Below are positions 9,311-18,718 of a DNA stretch of 64,000 bases, one piece after another. Source of the stretch: an uncultured Gammaproteobacteria bacterium (GTDB taxonomy: Bacteria > Patescibacteriota > Microgenomatia > Daviesbacterales > UBA10151); the NCBI GenBank assembly GCA_964422835.1, contig CAYRCR010000001.1:22030-86029 (forward strand). Reading direction: 5' to 3'. Numbering within the stretch: position 1 is the first letter of the stretch; the number at the start of each line of letters is the position of its first letter. The position numbers and the translations under genes were made by a program. The notes beneath the pieces are model-generated. The model made no database searches. It saw only the letters and a list, made by a program, of their open reading frames with translations, and was not told the DNA's origin.

Positions 9311-10401
9311 CTTGATCTGTAAACTCCCAAAGTTTGCTCTGCTAATTTTTGCCAGCTAAATTGCTTATATCTTATTTTACCTTTTTTAATAAGATCATTT
9401 CTTAAATTTTTATCATCCAAGGCTTGGGAGATTTTTTCTGCTATATCATTCTCATTTTTTGGATCAAAGTATAATAGCGCATTGCCTCCAACTTCCGGGA
9501 GCGACCCGGCATTTGATGAGGCTATCGGGCAACCCGCTGCCATGGCCTCCAAAACCGGCAAACCAAAGCCTTCCTCAAGTGACGGCATTACAAAAATCTT
9601 GGCATTTTTATAAAGACCCGCCAATTCATTATCGCTTACGAAACCAGTAAATATCACACCTCCGATGTGTGATACTGCTTTAATATCTTCCCAAAATTTA
9701 TGGGGAGGGCCTGATAAAACTAAGGATAAATCCTGATATTTTTCTTTAAGTTTTTTAAAAACTTTAATTAATATTAAAAGATTTTTATGGGGCTGGGCAT
9801 TGCCAACATAAAAAAGATAGGGTTTTTTGACAGTAATTTTGCCGTTGGCTTTTTGGGCCAGCCTAAGAAAATTATCTTCTACAGCTTCATAAGTTATAGT
9901 AATTTTGCCTTCCGGCACATTCCATTCATTAACCAGTTGTTCTTTCACAAAATTAGAAGGAGTTATAATTTTGGAAGATCCGGATACGGCGTGAGAAAAA
10001 GTTTTTCTATATCCAATTTTTTTTATAGTATGGATAATTGGCCCATGTGTTGAGGCATCTCTTGTTTGGAAATGCTGATGGATTAAATCATGGATTGTCA
10101 CTACAAATTTACCTTTATAAAAAATTGGCACATTAAAATGGGGAAAGTGGATTAAGTCGGGCTTTAAACTATTTATAATTTTCGGGAGTTTTATTTGCTC
10201 ACTGAATGTATACCATCTAAAATCTGCCAAAATTTTATGGAAATTTTCAGCGCGATACACTAGTTTATCGAAGTCATCCTGTAAATGGAGAACATAGTAT
10301 TCGTTTTGGTGGTCTGCCCTTTGTAAACCTTCAATTAAATTTCTAACGTAGCGCCCAATACCTGACTCTGACCATAACCTTGCATCAATTATTATTCTCA
10401 T
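9307..10401 (-). CDS. Glycosyltransferase family 4.
   Basis: 'EEGFGLPVLEAMAAGCPIASSNAGSLPEVGG' GT4 motif; 364 aa. Its stop codon overlaps the rsmH stop on the opposite strand. Confidence 0.85.
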   Translation of the reverse strand: MRIIIDARLWSESGIGRYVRNLIEGLQRADHQNEYYVLHLQDDFDKLVYRAENFHKILADFRWYTFSEQIKLPKIINSLKPDLIHFPHFNVPIFYKGKFVVTIHDLIHQHFQTRDASTHGPIIHTIKKIGYRKTFSHAVSGSSKIITPSNFVKEQLVNEWNVPEGKITITYEAVEDNFLRLAQKANGKITVKKPYLFYVGNAQPHKNLLILIKVFKKLKEKYQDLSLVLSGPPHKFWEDIKAVSHIGGVIFTGFVSDNELAGLYKNAKIFVMPSLEEGFGLPVLEAMAAGCPIASSNAGSLPEVGGNALLYFDPKNENDIAEKISQALDDKNLRNDLIKKGKIRYKQFSWQKLAEQTLGVYRSS

Positions 10402-11626
10402 GGGCCTTTTTCTCCTTACAAACTTCCTGATAAATCCTGTCTAGTTTACCCGCAATTACCGGGTATGAGTATTTTTCCTCAACTAATTTTCTGGCATTGG
10501 TTGTAATTTTCTCATATAATTTCTTGTCACTTAAAATCTGTATTGTCAGATTTGCCAACTCTTCGGGAGTTTTACCGAATAAAACGGATTCCCCGTTTTT
10601 AGCATCAATTCCTTCAATACCAATATGAGTTGTTACTACTGGCAAACAGGCTGCCATCGCTCCCAAAATCTTCAGCCTTGTTCCGCCGGGACCATAGAGA
10701 GGCGCAACCAGTACCCCACTTTGGCGGTAGGCCTTCTTGACCCCTTCAATATCCTCAATGGACAAATTAACCATTTTAACTTTATCAGATTCCAACCCGA
10801 CTACCTTATCAGCATTTTGGCCGGCAATAATTAATCTAGCATCGGGTATTTTTTGTAAAATTTTAGGGAATACTTCCCTTGCTAAAACTTTAGCCGCTTC
10901 CAGATTCTGCATCCAGTCATAATTACCCATGAACAAAATGTCATTCGAATAATGCATTGGGGTTTTTTCCATTAAATCTTCTCCGACGCCATTGGGCACT
11001 ATTGAAACCTGAATCTTTGAAGCCGATGCGGCCATTTTTTGGGCATCCGATTCAGATACCGCAATTGCCCTGGCTGATTTTTTCCAGAAATGCGTTTCCC
11101 AGAATTTGATTTTTAACACATCAATCCAAAGAAGAGGTTTCATAAATAAAAATTTGTAGTTTTCAACATAATGCTGATAAACCTGATACTCAATTGTCTG
11201 ATCAACCAGGACAACAGGCACATGTGTCTCGGGGATATGGGGATATACATAAAATGTTTCCGCATGGATAATGTCAAACTTCTCACGGGATAAAATTTCT
11301 GCCACGCTTTGCTTTTCCAATTTGGAAAAGTTTCTAATTACAACAAAAGGATATGGGCTAAATCCGGTACGCAGGATGTTTGCAATCGTCCATGGTTTTT
11401 CAGCCCTTTTAAAAACTTTCACATTTTCACAATATTTTTCAAGTTCAGAAATATATTGTCTTTCACTGTCGTGTTTTATCAATGAATAGAGAGTAATTTG
11501 ATGTTTTTTGGAAAGCTGTTTGATTAAATTGTATGACCTGATTTGTCCACCGGAGGAAGGGGGATATGGAAGGTAGGGAGTCAACATTAGTATCTTCATA
11601 CCTTTATTTGGGACGTGATACATCAA
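10385..11626 (-). CDS. Glycosyltransferase family 4.
   Basis: 'MKILMLTPYLPYPPSSGGQIRSYNL' N-terminus and 'LYGPGGTRLKILGAMAACLPVVTT'. The true start may be the internal Met at about 11599. Confidence 0.8.
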   Translation of the reverse strand: MMYHVPNKGMKILMLTPYLPYPPSSGGQIRSYNLIKQLSKKHQITLYSLIKHDSERQYISELEKYCENVKVFKRAEKPWTIANILRTGFSPYPFVVIRNFSKLEKQSVAEILSREKFDIIHAETFYVYPHIPETHVPVVLVDQTIEYQVYQHYVENYKFLFMKPLLWIDVLKIKFWETHFWKKSARAIAVSESDAQKMAASASKIQVSIVPNGVGEDLMEKTPMHYSNDILFMGNYDWMQNLEAAKVLAREVFPKILQKIPDARLIIAGQNADKVVGLESDKVKMVNLSIEDIEGVKKAYRQSGVLVAPLYGPGGTRLKILGAMAACLPVVTTHIGIEGIDAKNGESVLFGKTPEELANLTIQILSDKKLYEKITTNARKLVEEKYSYPVIAGKLDRIYQEVCKEKKAHENNN

Positions 11627-13052
11627 TAATTACAAATTTAGGGTTCTCCTCAAGGACGCTATATTTCTCCATGAGGTTTTTAGTATCCGTATCGTAATTT
11701 ACAGAAACGTAAGCCGTAACACCATATTTTTTTTTCATTTCTTCAATCGGTAATACCATAATTGGCCAGCCTGGTCTATTTACCTGATAGAGGAAAGCCG
11801 TATCACCCATATAGGGTGCTAGCACAACTGCGTTCCTTGGCAGTATTTGATCAGCCATTTTACCTGCTTCAACAATTGCACCATTGTTGATTTGATAAAG
11901 TCCCTTAACTTCCAACCATCCAAGATAAATTGTAAGGAAGAGTAAAAGTAATGCCAGAGGGATTGTAAAAAGCCTGGGAATAAAACTGCCGGATCCTTTA
12001 AGAAGGATAGTAAAACCCCGGGCTGTGAATATCACCAGGGCCGGTACGATAAATGTTTGGTAATAGTCATGGGTTACATTGCCGGTTGCAAAAACAATTA
12101 AATAAAGGAGGGATGAGAAAACCAGAAGATGCAGCAATTTCCCCTCTTCAAGTTTGGGCTTTACCAGAACACCAATAGTAAAAAGAATTGATCCTGCAAC
12201 CGTTAAAATTTCCCGCCCAAACCTATCTCCTACGATCCATTTCCAAAAAGCCGGCCGGAACCTGATGCCGTCACCGTTCATAAGCCAAGCTGATGCAGGA
12301 ATTCCTTCAGGGTGCTGCAGCATCCAAAAGCGCCACGCTACAAAAGGCACAAATGAAGTTACAACCCAGGCAATATATCTTTTGGGGATTGGCCACAATT
12401 TTTGTTCCTTCAAATAATATGAATATATAAGAGGTAGCAGGTAAAAGCCTGCCATGGGCTTGATAAGAAAAGCCAAACTGGTAAAAGATACCGCTAAAAT
12501 AAACAACGATAATCTATTTTCCCAAATCCATCTATCGGTAAAATACAGCATCCCCAAAGAAAAAAATACCAATGTCGGCTCCGGCAGGGTTGTCCGGGAA
12601 AAATAAATATTAAAAGGCAGGATCGCAAAAAGGAGGGATGCAATAAGTCCTGTAAAGACCCCTAAATATTTTTTGGTAACAAAATAAATGAAGACAGTTG
12701 AGCCAAGCGACATTAAAATTGACACAAGCCTGGCAAGCTTTTCATCAACTCCTCCGTTTAAAAGATACAGGAAATATACTAATGAATTATAAATCGGGAA
12801 TTCTACAAACCTGTATCTTTCAGGGTTGGCTTGAACTGTACCGGGCGGAGACATATCATCACCGCGGGGCAGTAGCGGATTAAAGCCTTCCTTATAAAAA
12901 TTCCGTGCAACTGCAGCAGTATCTGCCTGCCTCCACGAATGCCAATCGGCAATAGGGTTGTCAATTTTATATAAACGTACAATAAAAGCAACCAGTACGA
13001 TAAGGCATAACCAGAAAAGGGGATTTTTTAATAAATAAAATATTTTACTCAT
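11604..13052 (-). CDS. GT39/PMT_2-family (ArnT-like) polyprenyl-phosphate-dependent membrane glycosyltransferase (GT-C fold).
   Basis: 482 aa, about 12 hydrophobic helices. 'DWHSWRQADTAAVARNF' in the first loop is the characteristic PMT_2 motif. Confidence 0.7.
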   Translation of the reverse strand: MSKIFYLLKNPLFWLCLIVLVAFIVRLYKIDNPIADWHSWRQADTAAVARNFYKEGFNPLLPRGDDMSPPGTVQANPERYRFVEFPIYNSLVYFLYLLNGGVDEKLARLVSILMSLGSTVFIYFVTKKYLGVFTGLIASLLFAILPFNIYFSRTTLPEPTLVFFSLGMLYFTDRWIWENRLSLFILAVSFTSLAFLIKPMAGFYLLPLIYSYYLKEQKLWPIPKRYIAWVVTSFVPFVAWRFWMLQHPEGIPASAWLMNGDGIRFRPAFWKWIVGDRFGREILTVAGSILFTIGVLVKPKLEEGKLLHLLVFSSLLYLIVFATGNVTHDYYQTFIVPALVIFTARGFTILLKGSGSFIPRLFTIPLALLLLFLTIYLGWLEVKGLYQINNGAIVEAGKMADQILPRNAVVLAPYMGDTAFLYQVNRPGWPIMVLPIEEMKKKYGVTAYVSVNYDTDTKNLMEKYSVLEENPKFVIIDVSRPK

Positions 13053-14479
13053 AATTTCCTGTCTTCACTACTGCGAAGGAACATAGCTGCCCAAGCTACA
13101 CCCAGGATAAGCCAAAACATTTCCGCCACTTTTGAAGCCTCCAAAACATCAATAAACAACCCCGATGTAAGTATTACCAATACTGTTCCTAACCCCCCGA
13201 TAATAAAATATTTTTCAAAATTAGTATTTCCACGCAAAAATATAATCATTTTTTTAATTATAATTATAAATATTAAAATTAATGCAAGAGTTCCCAAAAT
13301 CCCAACTTCACCCAAGGACCTCAAGTAATCGGAATCAGTAGCAATAGTTAATGAAGAATAGCCGGTTCCAAGAAAGGGGTTCTTCAAAAACGCAGCCCAA
13401 GCCCTGGGCCATTCTACATCAAACCTGATTCCCCACGATCTATAAACACCAAGTTCAGTTGTATTAATTGGCTCCCCGGGAACAGTATCCACTGCTACGG
13501 CACCACTTTCGGTTGCTTGAGAAGTCGCTACCTGACCTGATCCGTCTATAGACGGTACGGCTTTTTTTGGGGTAAAAATAGTTACTTTATCCGGAGGTGG
13601 AGTGTATTTTGCTCCCCCGCCTCCCATTATATTGACTGTAATTGTGGCTACCAGTCTATGTCTTAAATCCGGAATCGCAACCACTAAAAGCAAGCTCGCT
13701 CCGATAAGGCCCACCAAAAGCCATTTTTTACCTCCCAATAAAAAAGTCGCCGCAATGCCTAAAAAGGTTGCAAAAAAAGAAATTCTGGCGGCAGTCAACC
13801 CCAAAAGCACAAAGCAAACTGCCCCCAAAGCAATGAGCAAAAACTTATGCAGCAAATTTTTATAGTAGAAAAAAAGAGTTGCAATCAACACCAGTATTAT
13901 TGAAAGATAAGCAGCCAAATCATAATGACCGGCAAAGGTTGAGTTAACTCTTGCCCCATTAGTTAAAAACAAAACTAGACCTTTTGAAAACTCTTTATTG
14001 GTAGTGGAAATTACCGGAAAATCAAACAGAATTTGGCCAAAACCATACATTGCAACCAGTATGGCAGTAGTAAAAATTACTGCCAGGGATACTTTTACCT
14101 GCCATGTTTTTGTAATAGTTGTGGCTGCAATAATAAAGAGAGACATATACTCAATTCGCCTCAACCAATGCAGCAAACCCAGATGCGGAGAAATTGAGTA
14201 TGTTATTAAAAGTGCGGAAATCAACGACAACCCGCCAATTATCCAAAAAAGTATAAAAGATTTATAAATCGTCTGGTTTAAATAATTTTTATAATTAAAA
14301 ATATGTGTAAAAAGCCATATTGAGACAACAGTTGCAATAATTAAATCTTCCAGCCTTACAGCCACATAAGTTAATGGTATATTAAACAAAGGGAATTTAG
14401 GATATAGAGGAATAAAAACTGCCAGAAACATCAACACCCAAAAGAAATATTTATCGAGCTGCTGTGTCAGATTTTTCAT
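13049..14479 (-). CDS. O-antigen ligase / Wzy_C family membrane protein (ligase, polymerase or protein O-oligosaccharyltransferase).
   Basis: 476 aa polytopic protein with a large loop carrying 'RAWAAFLKNPFLGTGYSSLTIATDSDYLRSLGEVGILG'. This resembles the Wzy_C signature (R..W..F...P.LGxG...............YL..L.E.GI.G), although the usual HN is replaced by DSD. Confidence 0.55.
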   Translation of the reverse strand: MKNLTQQLDKYFFWVLMFLAVFIPLYPKFPLFNIPLTYVAVRLEDLIIATVVSIWLFTHIFNYKNYLNQTIYKSFILFWIIGGLSLISALLITYSISPHLGLLHWLRRIEYMSLFIIAATTITKTWQVKVSLAVIFTTAILVAMYGFGQILFDFPVISTTNKEFSKGLVLFLTNGARVNSTFAGHYDLAAYLSIILVLIATLFFYYKNLLHKFLLIALGAVCFVLLGLTAARISFFATFLGIAATFLLGGKKWLLVGLIGASLLLVVAIPDLRHRLVATITVNIMGGGGAKYTPPPDKVTIFTPKKAVPSIDGSGQVATSQATESGAVAVDTVPGEPINTTELGVYRSWGIRFDVEWPRAWAAFLKNPFLGTGYSSLTIATDSDYLRSLGEVGILGTLALILIFIIIIKKMIIFLRGNTNFEKYFIIGGLGTVLVILTSGLFIDVLEASKVAEMFWLILGVAWAAMFLRSSEDRKL

Positions 14480-15078
14480 ATTTGCCTTTCAGAGATAAAT
14501 GCTTCTTTGTACAGGCGGAATAAAGAAATTCCCGATAGCCAAATCAAGACATATACTAGCACTCTGGAAAAAAGGCCGGTAGGATAAAATCTAAGCGTAG
14601 TTTTAGAATCGTAATATTTTTCTTCTCCACTCGTCTTATCACGAATAATAATATGGTTGCCCTGGAAATTGGACGGCCTGTTATATGTTTTGTTTTCAAT
14701 GAATGGCTCAAACCCGTTAACATAAAAAGAATAGCGCAGGGGGTAAACATACTCTTCAAGGAAGGTGCTTTCTTGCTGGTCTCTAATATACTGGTAAGCC
14801 CTTTCCGGAGGATGGTTAATTGTTACCGGAGGAAAAATCAGGCTGAATATGTGCATACCTGCAAATTTATTCTTATAAAACCATGTGATAAAATCCCTCC
14901 TGTAATCGGAGTAGTATGCTGCAATGTTGGGGTTTTGGATGGTATCACCTTCAAGGGTTGATTTAACAGAAGGGGTAAGGGCAGGAAAATCATTAATCGA
15001 AGACGGGCCTGGTAGTGCTACATAAAATAGGCCCAAAATAAACAATACCCATGAAATAATTTTCAGCCTTTTAATCAT
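14476..15078 (-). CDS. Hypothetical membrane protein (TM helices at both ends).
   Basis: 200 aa ORF, translationally coupled on both sides (overlapping stop and start codons). No recognisable motif. Confidence 0.45.
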   Translation of the reverse strand: MIKRLKIISWVLFILGLFYVALPGPSSINDFPALTPSVKSTLEGDTIQNPNIAAYYSDYRRDFITWFYKNKFAGMHIFSLIFPPVTINHPPERAYQYIRDQQESTFLEEYVYPLRYSFYVNGFEPFIENKTYNRPSNFQGNHIIIRDKTSGEEKYYDSKTTLRFYPTGLFSRVLVYVLIWLSGISLFRLYKEAFISERQI

Positions 15079-15683
15079 TGGAAAAGTCTGGCTCTGCCAA
15101 GTTTGTAATGAGGATCCTTAATTTTTCTTTCTCCAATTACCTTGGCCGGCACACCTCCTACTATGGTAAAATCTGCTACATCTTTTGTGACCACTGCACC
15201 TGCAGCAATTATTGCACCCTTGCCAGCCTTGACCCCGGGCAAAATTATGGCACGGGGACCAACAAAAACATAATCTCCAATTTCAACCGGTGCTTCTATG
15301 GCATGAAAATCTTCGGCATTGACGTCATGCTCACTGTTTAAAATCATCACGCTTGAGGCAATATCTACATGACTACCAATAGTTAGCTTGTCCCGTCCGT
15401 CTAAAAAAACATTATCCCCAATAATTGTTCCCTCGCCTATTTTAATATTGGGAGGATAATAGAAACGTGCTCCGACATGAATCCTTGAACCCTTGCCAAT
15501 CTTCATTCCCACCAAATTATATATAAATAAACGGAAAAAGTGACAGGGGAAAAGTCCTGCCCAGGTTATAAGCAGGAGTTCGAAATCCAAAATCCAGTTA
15601 AATACCCTGTTTACGGCCTTATTAGAAGCCTCCATGGAGCTCAAGGAATTACCCATTCTGTCGCGAAATATCACCATACACAA
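15075..15683 (-). CDS. Hexapeptide-repeat (left-handed beta-helix) sugar O-acyltransferase (WbbJ/WcaF-like).
   Basis: Repeating [LIV]G-x4 hexapeptides 'IGEGTIIGDNVFLDG...IGSHVDIASSVMI...IGDYVFVGPRAIILPGVKAGKGAIIAAGAVVTKDV'. Confidence 0.8.
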   Translation of the reverse strand: MCMVIFRDRMGNSLSSMEASNKAVNRVFNWILDFELLLITWAGLFPCHFFRLFIYNLVGMKIGKGSRIHVGARFYYPPNIKIGEGTIIGDNVFLDGRDKLTIGSHVDIASSVMILNSEHDVNAEDFHAIEAPVEIGDYVFVGPRAIILPGVKAGKGAIIAAGAVVTKDVADFTIVGGVPAKVIGERKIKDPHYKLGRARLFQ

Positions 15684-15741
15684 GTAATTATATTGGGAAA
15701 TGGGTGCATAAACAAGTTGTCCGCAACTTCCTATACGTAAG

Positions 15742-16860
15742 TTAACGGCTTTCCTTGAATACCTTCAAGACTAATTTGGCCATTTTGGGCCAGGAGAATT
15801 TTTTGGCTTGTTTAAGTCCTTCCTTGGATTTTTTTGCCCGGAGTTTACTGTCAAAAGCTATGGTCCTGATGGCCTGGGTAATTTGTTCAACCGATTCAGG
15901 ATTAATAAGAAGCCCTGCTGAACCTGCTGCTTCAGGAAGCGATGATACATTGGATACGATAACCGGCGTGCCACAAGCCATGGCTTCAACTACAGGAATT
16001 CCAAAACCCTCATACAAGGACACAAGAATAAAGGCCCTGGAACCAGCCAGGAGATACGGTAAATCCTCCGTCGAAGCAAAACCCGTAAATATTACTTTCT
16101 CTTCAATACCATACTTCTTTGGTGCCTTTAATATTTCCTCATACATCCACCCCTGTCTGCCTAATCCAGTCGTTTTTCCAACAATGACTAACTTTAGGTT
16201 ATCAATATTTTTAAAAGCTTCAATAAGCCGGATCAAATTTTTCCGTGGTTGAAGGGTTCCTATGTAAATAATATAATCTCCCTCAATTTTATACCTTCCC
16301 ACAATATCCACAATTTTCATTTGGTCTTTGCATTGATAAAATATCTTATCGTCAAAACCAGGGTAAGCTACAGTAATTTTTTCTTTCTCCACTTTGTAAT
16401 ATCTACTTAAATCAGAAGCTGTGGATTTGGAAATGGTAATAATATGGCTTGCCTTTTGTACCGAAATTTGTGTCCAAAGCTTTAACTGCCAAAGGTCACG
16501 GGGTTTGTAATACCCGGGGAAACGCAGAAATGCCAAATCAAAAATGGTAATAACCCTTTTAACCGGGGAAAAAACCGGGCCATAATGCGCTGGTGAGAAA
16601 AAGAGGTCTGGTTTATCTTTAGCTGTAAAAAGTGCCCAGGGAATTGCAATCCATGTTTTGAATTTGTTTGATTTCAGATATCGGTATTTCCATCCTACCC
16701 GTTCATTTGGCATATCCGGGAGAGGCTTATTTGCCAATAAAACAGTGTAGTCATTTTCTTTGTCAATCTTTTCTAGGGCAGAGAGTAGTCCAAAAGCAAC
16801 CTGTGAGGAACCTAACCTTTGAGGCACATTTGCCTCACATCCATCAATCCAAATTTTCAT
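15742..16860 (-). CDS. Glycosyltransferase family 4.
   Basis: 'LYEGFGIPVVEAMACGTPVIVSNVSSLPEAAG'; 372 aa. Confidence 0.85.
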   Translation of the reverse strand: MKIWIDGCEANVPQRLGSSQVAFGLLSALEKIDKENDYTVLLANKPLPDMPNERVGWKYRYLKSNKFKTWIAIPWALFTAKDKPDLFFSPAHYGPVFSPVKRVITIFDLAFLRFPGYYKPRDLWQLKLWTQISVQKASHIITISKSTASDLSRYYKVEKEKITVAYPGFDDKIFYQCKDQMKIVDIVGRYKIEGDYIIYIGTLQPRKNLIRLIEAFKNIDNLKLVIVGKTTGLGRQGWMYEEILKAPKKYGIEEKVIFTGFASTEDLPYLLAGSRAFILVSLYEGFGIPVVEAMACGTPVIVSNVSSLPEAAGSAGLLINPESVEQITQAIRTIAFDSKLRAKKSKEGLKQAKKFSWPKMAKLVLKVFKESR

Positions 16861-16911
16861 AATTTCTTTTATTATATAGACAATGCATTTTTTTTACTAT
16901 ATTCTTTACGG

Positions 16912-17553
16912 ATGAGAAAAGATAGCAGTAGCCTAATAAAAATCTGGAATCAGGTTCCTCCTGATTACTATGAAAAAGGGGTGCAAAATAATTTCTTACA
17001 GCGCTTGTGGCATAACCAAAAAATCAGTACATTAAAAAAAATTTTAAATGGTAAGGAGTTTAAAACTGTTTGTGATGCCGGTTGCGCGGGAGGGTACATG
17101 ACCGGGCAACTTGCCGGTATTTTGCCTAAAAGTAAAATCTTCGGGTTGGATGTATACCAGACTGCGATTAACCATGCCAGTAAAAAATACAAAAAAATAA
17201 AATTCATTTGCTGTGACCTGCACCAAATCCCGATAAAAAGTAAATTCTTCGATTTGGTAGTATGCTATGAAACAATTGAGCATGTTATTACACCACAAAA
17301 AGTATTGCAGGGGTTAAAACAGATTACCAAAAATGACGGCACAATTATTTTAGCCATGGATTCAGGCCACCCTTTGTTTAGGATAGCCTGGTTTATTTGG
17401 GAAAGGACAAAAGGATCGGTCTGGAGAAACGCCCACCTGCATCCATTCAACCCCAGACAACTGGAAACAATCATCAAAAAAGAAGGACTCAAAGTGGAAA
17501 AAAAATTATTTTCTAACTTCGGAATGGAAGTTGTATTTATCCTGAAAAAATAG
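16912..17553 (+). CDS. Class I SAM-dependent methyltransferase.
   Basis: 'CDAGCAGGYMTGQLA' (motif I, G-x-G-x-G type) and 'FDLVVCYETIEHV' (motif II/III). The ORF track starts at 16819, which overlaps the divergent GT4; I take the internal Met of 'MRKDSSS' at 16912 as the start. Confidence 0.75.
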   Translation: MRKDSSSLIKIWNQVPPDYYEKGVQNNFLQRLWHNQKISTLKKILNGKEFKTVCDAGCAGGYMTGQLAGILPKSKIFGLDVYQTAINHASKKYKKIKFICCDLHQIPIKSKFFDLVVCYETIEHVITPQKVLQGLKQITKNDGTIILAMDSGHPLFRIAWFIWERTKGSVWRNAHLHPFNPRQLETIIKKEGLKVEKKLFSNFGMEVVFILKK

Positions 17554-17573
17554 TTGAATCATCGCCTTTTCAT

Positions 17574-17594
17574 ATCACACATCGGATGTGTGAT
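17574..17594. terminator. Perfect 10-bp inverted repeat (ATCACACATC g GATGTGTGAT) between convergent genes. A bidirectional terminator hairpin or a protein-binding palindrome.
   Basis: Seen directly. It lies 20 nt after the methyltransferase stop and about 90 nt after the convergent GT4 stop, in the only sizeable non-coding gap of the locus (about 130 bp). Confidence 0.35.
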
Positions 17595-17683
17595 TAATTG
17601 CATTAATATACCTTTAATTTAAAGTAAAATTAACCATTTTAACGATTCTAAGCATTAATCTTGCTTAATATTGCCAAATAAAA

Positions 17684-18709
17684 CTACTTCCCGGCTACTT
17701 TTTGGTAAACTTCTGCTGTTTGTTGGGCTGTTTTTTCCCAGGAAAATTTGGAAGCTTGGATTAGGCCATCTTTAACCATTTGTTCCCGTAATTGTACGTC
17801 CACTAAAACCATATTCAATTTTTTCTTAATATCCCCCACCTTTTCAGGATCAACATATTGAGCTGCGTTTCCTCCCACTTCAGGCATGGATGAAACATTT
17901 GATGTAATAACCGGGATACCACAAGCCATGGCTTCAAGAATAGGTAAGCCGAAACCTTCATAAAAAGACGGGTATAGTAAGACTCTGGCCGCGGCATAGA
18001 GAAGCGGTAACTGATCATAGGGCAGGTATGGTATCGTCTCACCGGCAATTACCAAGTTATAGTCCTTACATGCCTCTCTTACCCTATTCAAATTCCGCCT
18101 GTTGCCTATTCCGCCTATTGCCAAAATGAATTCATCCGGCAAATCCATCTTCTTTTTAAATTCTTCAACCATCCTTCCGTTTTGAGGCTTAAATTGTTCC
18201 CCGGCTGCCTCATAAATAACCGTAATTTTATTTTCCGGGATTTTGGAAACTTCCAGTAAATCTTTTTTTGTGGAATCGGATACTGCAATGACCATGTCAA
18301 TTTCCTTTTCCACCAATTTCAGTCTTCTCCTGTGTACCGCAACAATCTTGGGATGTGACCATCGGGGAAATTTTAGAGGCACGACATCATGATAGGTAGT
18401 GACTTTTTTAGCACTGGTTTTAGGCTGTATCCAATCGGAACTATGGAAGACATCAATATTACCAATAAAATTTTCTATGGGAAAAATCCGTAGTCTGTTG
18501 AATAAAAACTCCGAGATGGTAGGAGGAATTGGAACAGATTTAACATTAGGCAGTTTCCCATTGTAAGGTTTTCTGAGTGACGCATAAAAATAAATCATCT
18601 CCAGATCCTGAATTTTCTGCAGGCCACTTGTTAAATTTGCGGTATACGCAGAAACTCCACCGTGATAAGCTGTTTGCGAGATATCAAAACCTATTCTCAT
18701 ACTACCCAT
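17684..18709 (-). CDS. Glycosyltransferase family 4.
   Basis: 'FYEGFGLPILEAMACGIPVITSNVSSMPEVGG'; 341 aa. Confidence 0.85.
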   Translation of the reverse strand: MGSMRIGFDISQTAYHGGVSAYTANLTSGLQKIQDLEMIYFYASLRKPYNGKLPNVKSVPIPPTISEFLFNRLRIFPIENFIGNIDVFHSSDWIQPKTSAKKVTTYHDVVPLKFPRWSHPKIVAVHRRRLKLVEKEIDMVIAVSDSTKKDLLEVSKIPENKITVIYEAAGEQFKPQNGRMVEEFKKKMDLPDEFILAIGGIGNRRNLNRVREACKDYNLVIAGETIPYLPYDQLPLLYAAARVLLYPSFYEGFGLPILEAMACGIPVITSNVSSMPEVGGNAAQYVDPEKVGDIKKKLNMVLVDVQLREQMVKDGLIQASKFSWEKTAQQTAEVYQKVAGK

Positions 18710-18718
18710 TGTAACAAA

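Noticed and set aside
10385-11626. The 22-nt overlap between the GT4 gene start (11626) and the upstream GT39 gene end (11604) as evidence of programmed frameshifting.
   Set aside because: An internal Met ('MKILMLTPY', about 11599) gives a typical GT4 N-terminus and removes most of the overlap. An alternative start is the simpler explanation.
15755-16252. 165-aa plus-strand ORF.
   Set aside because: Antisense to the GT4 gene 15742..16860, which has clear GT4 motifs.
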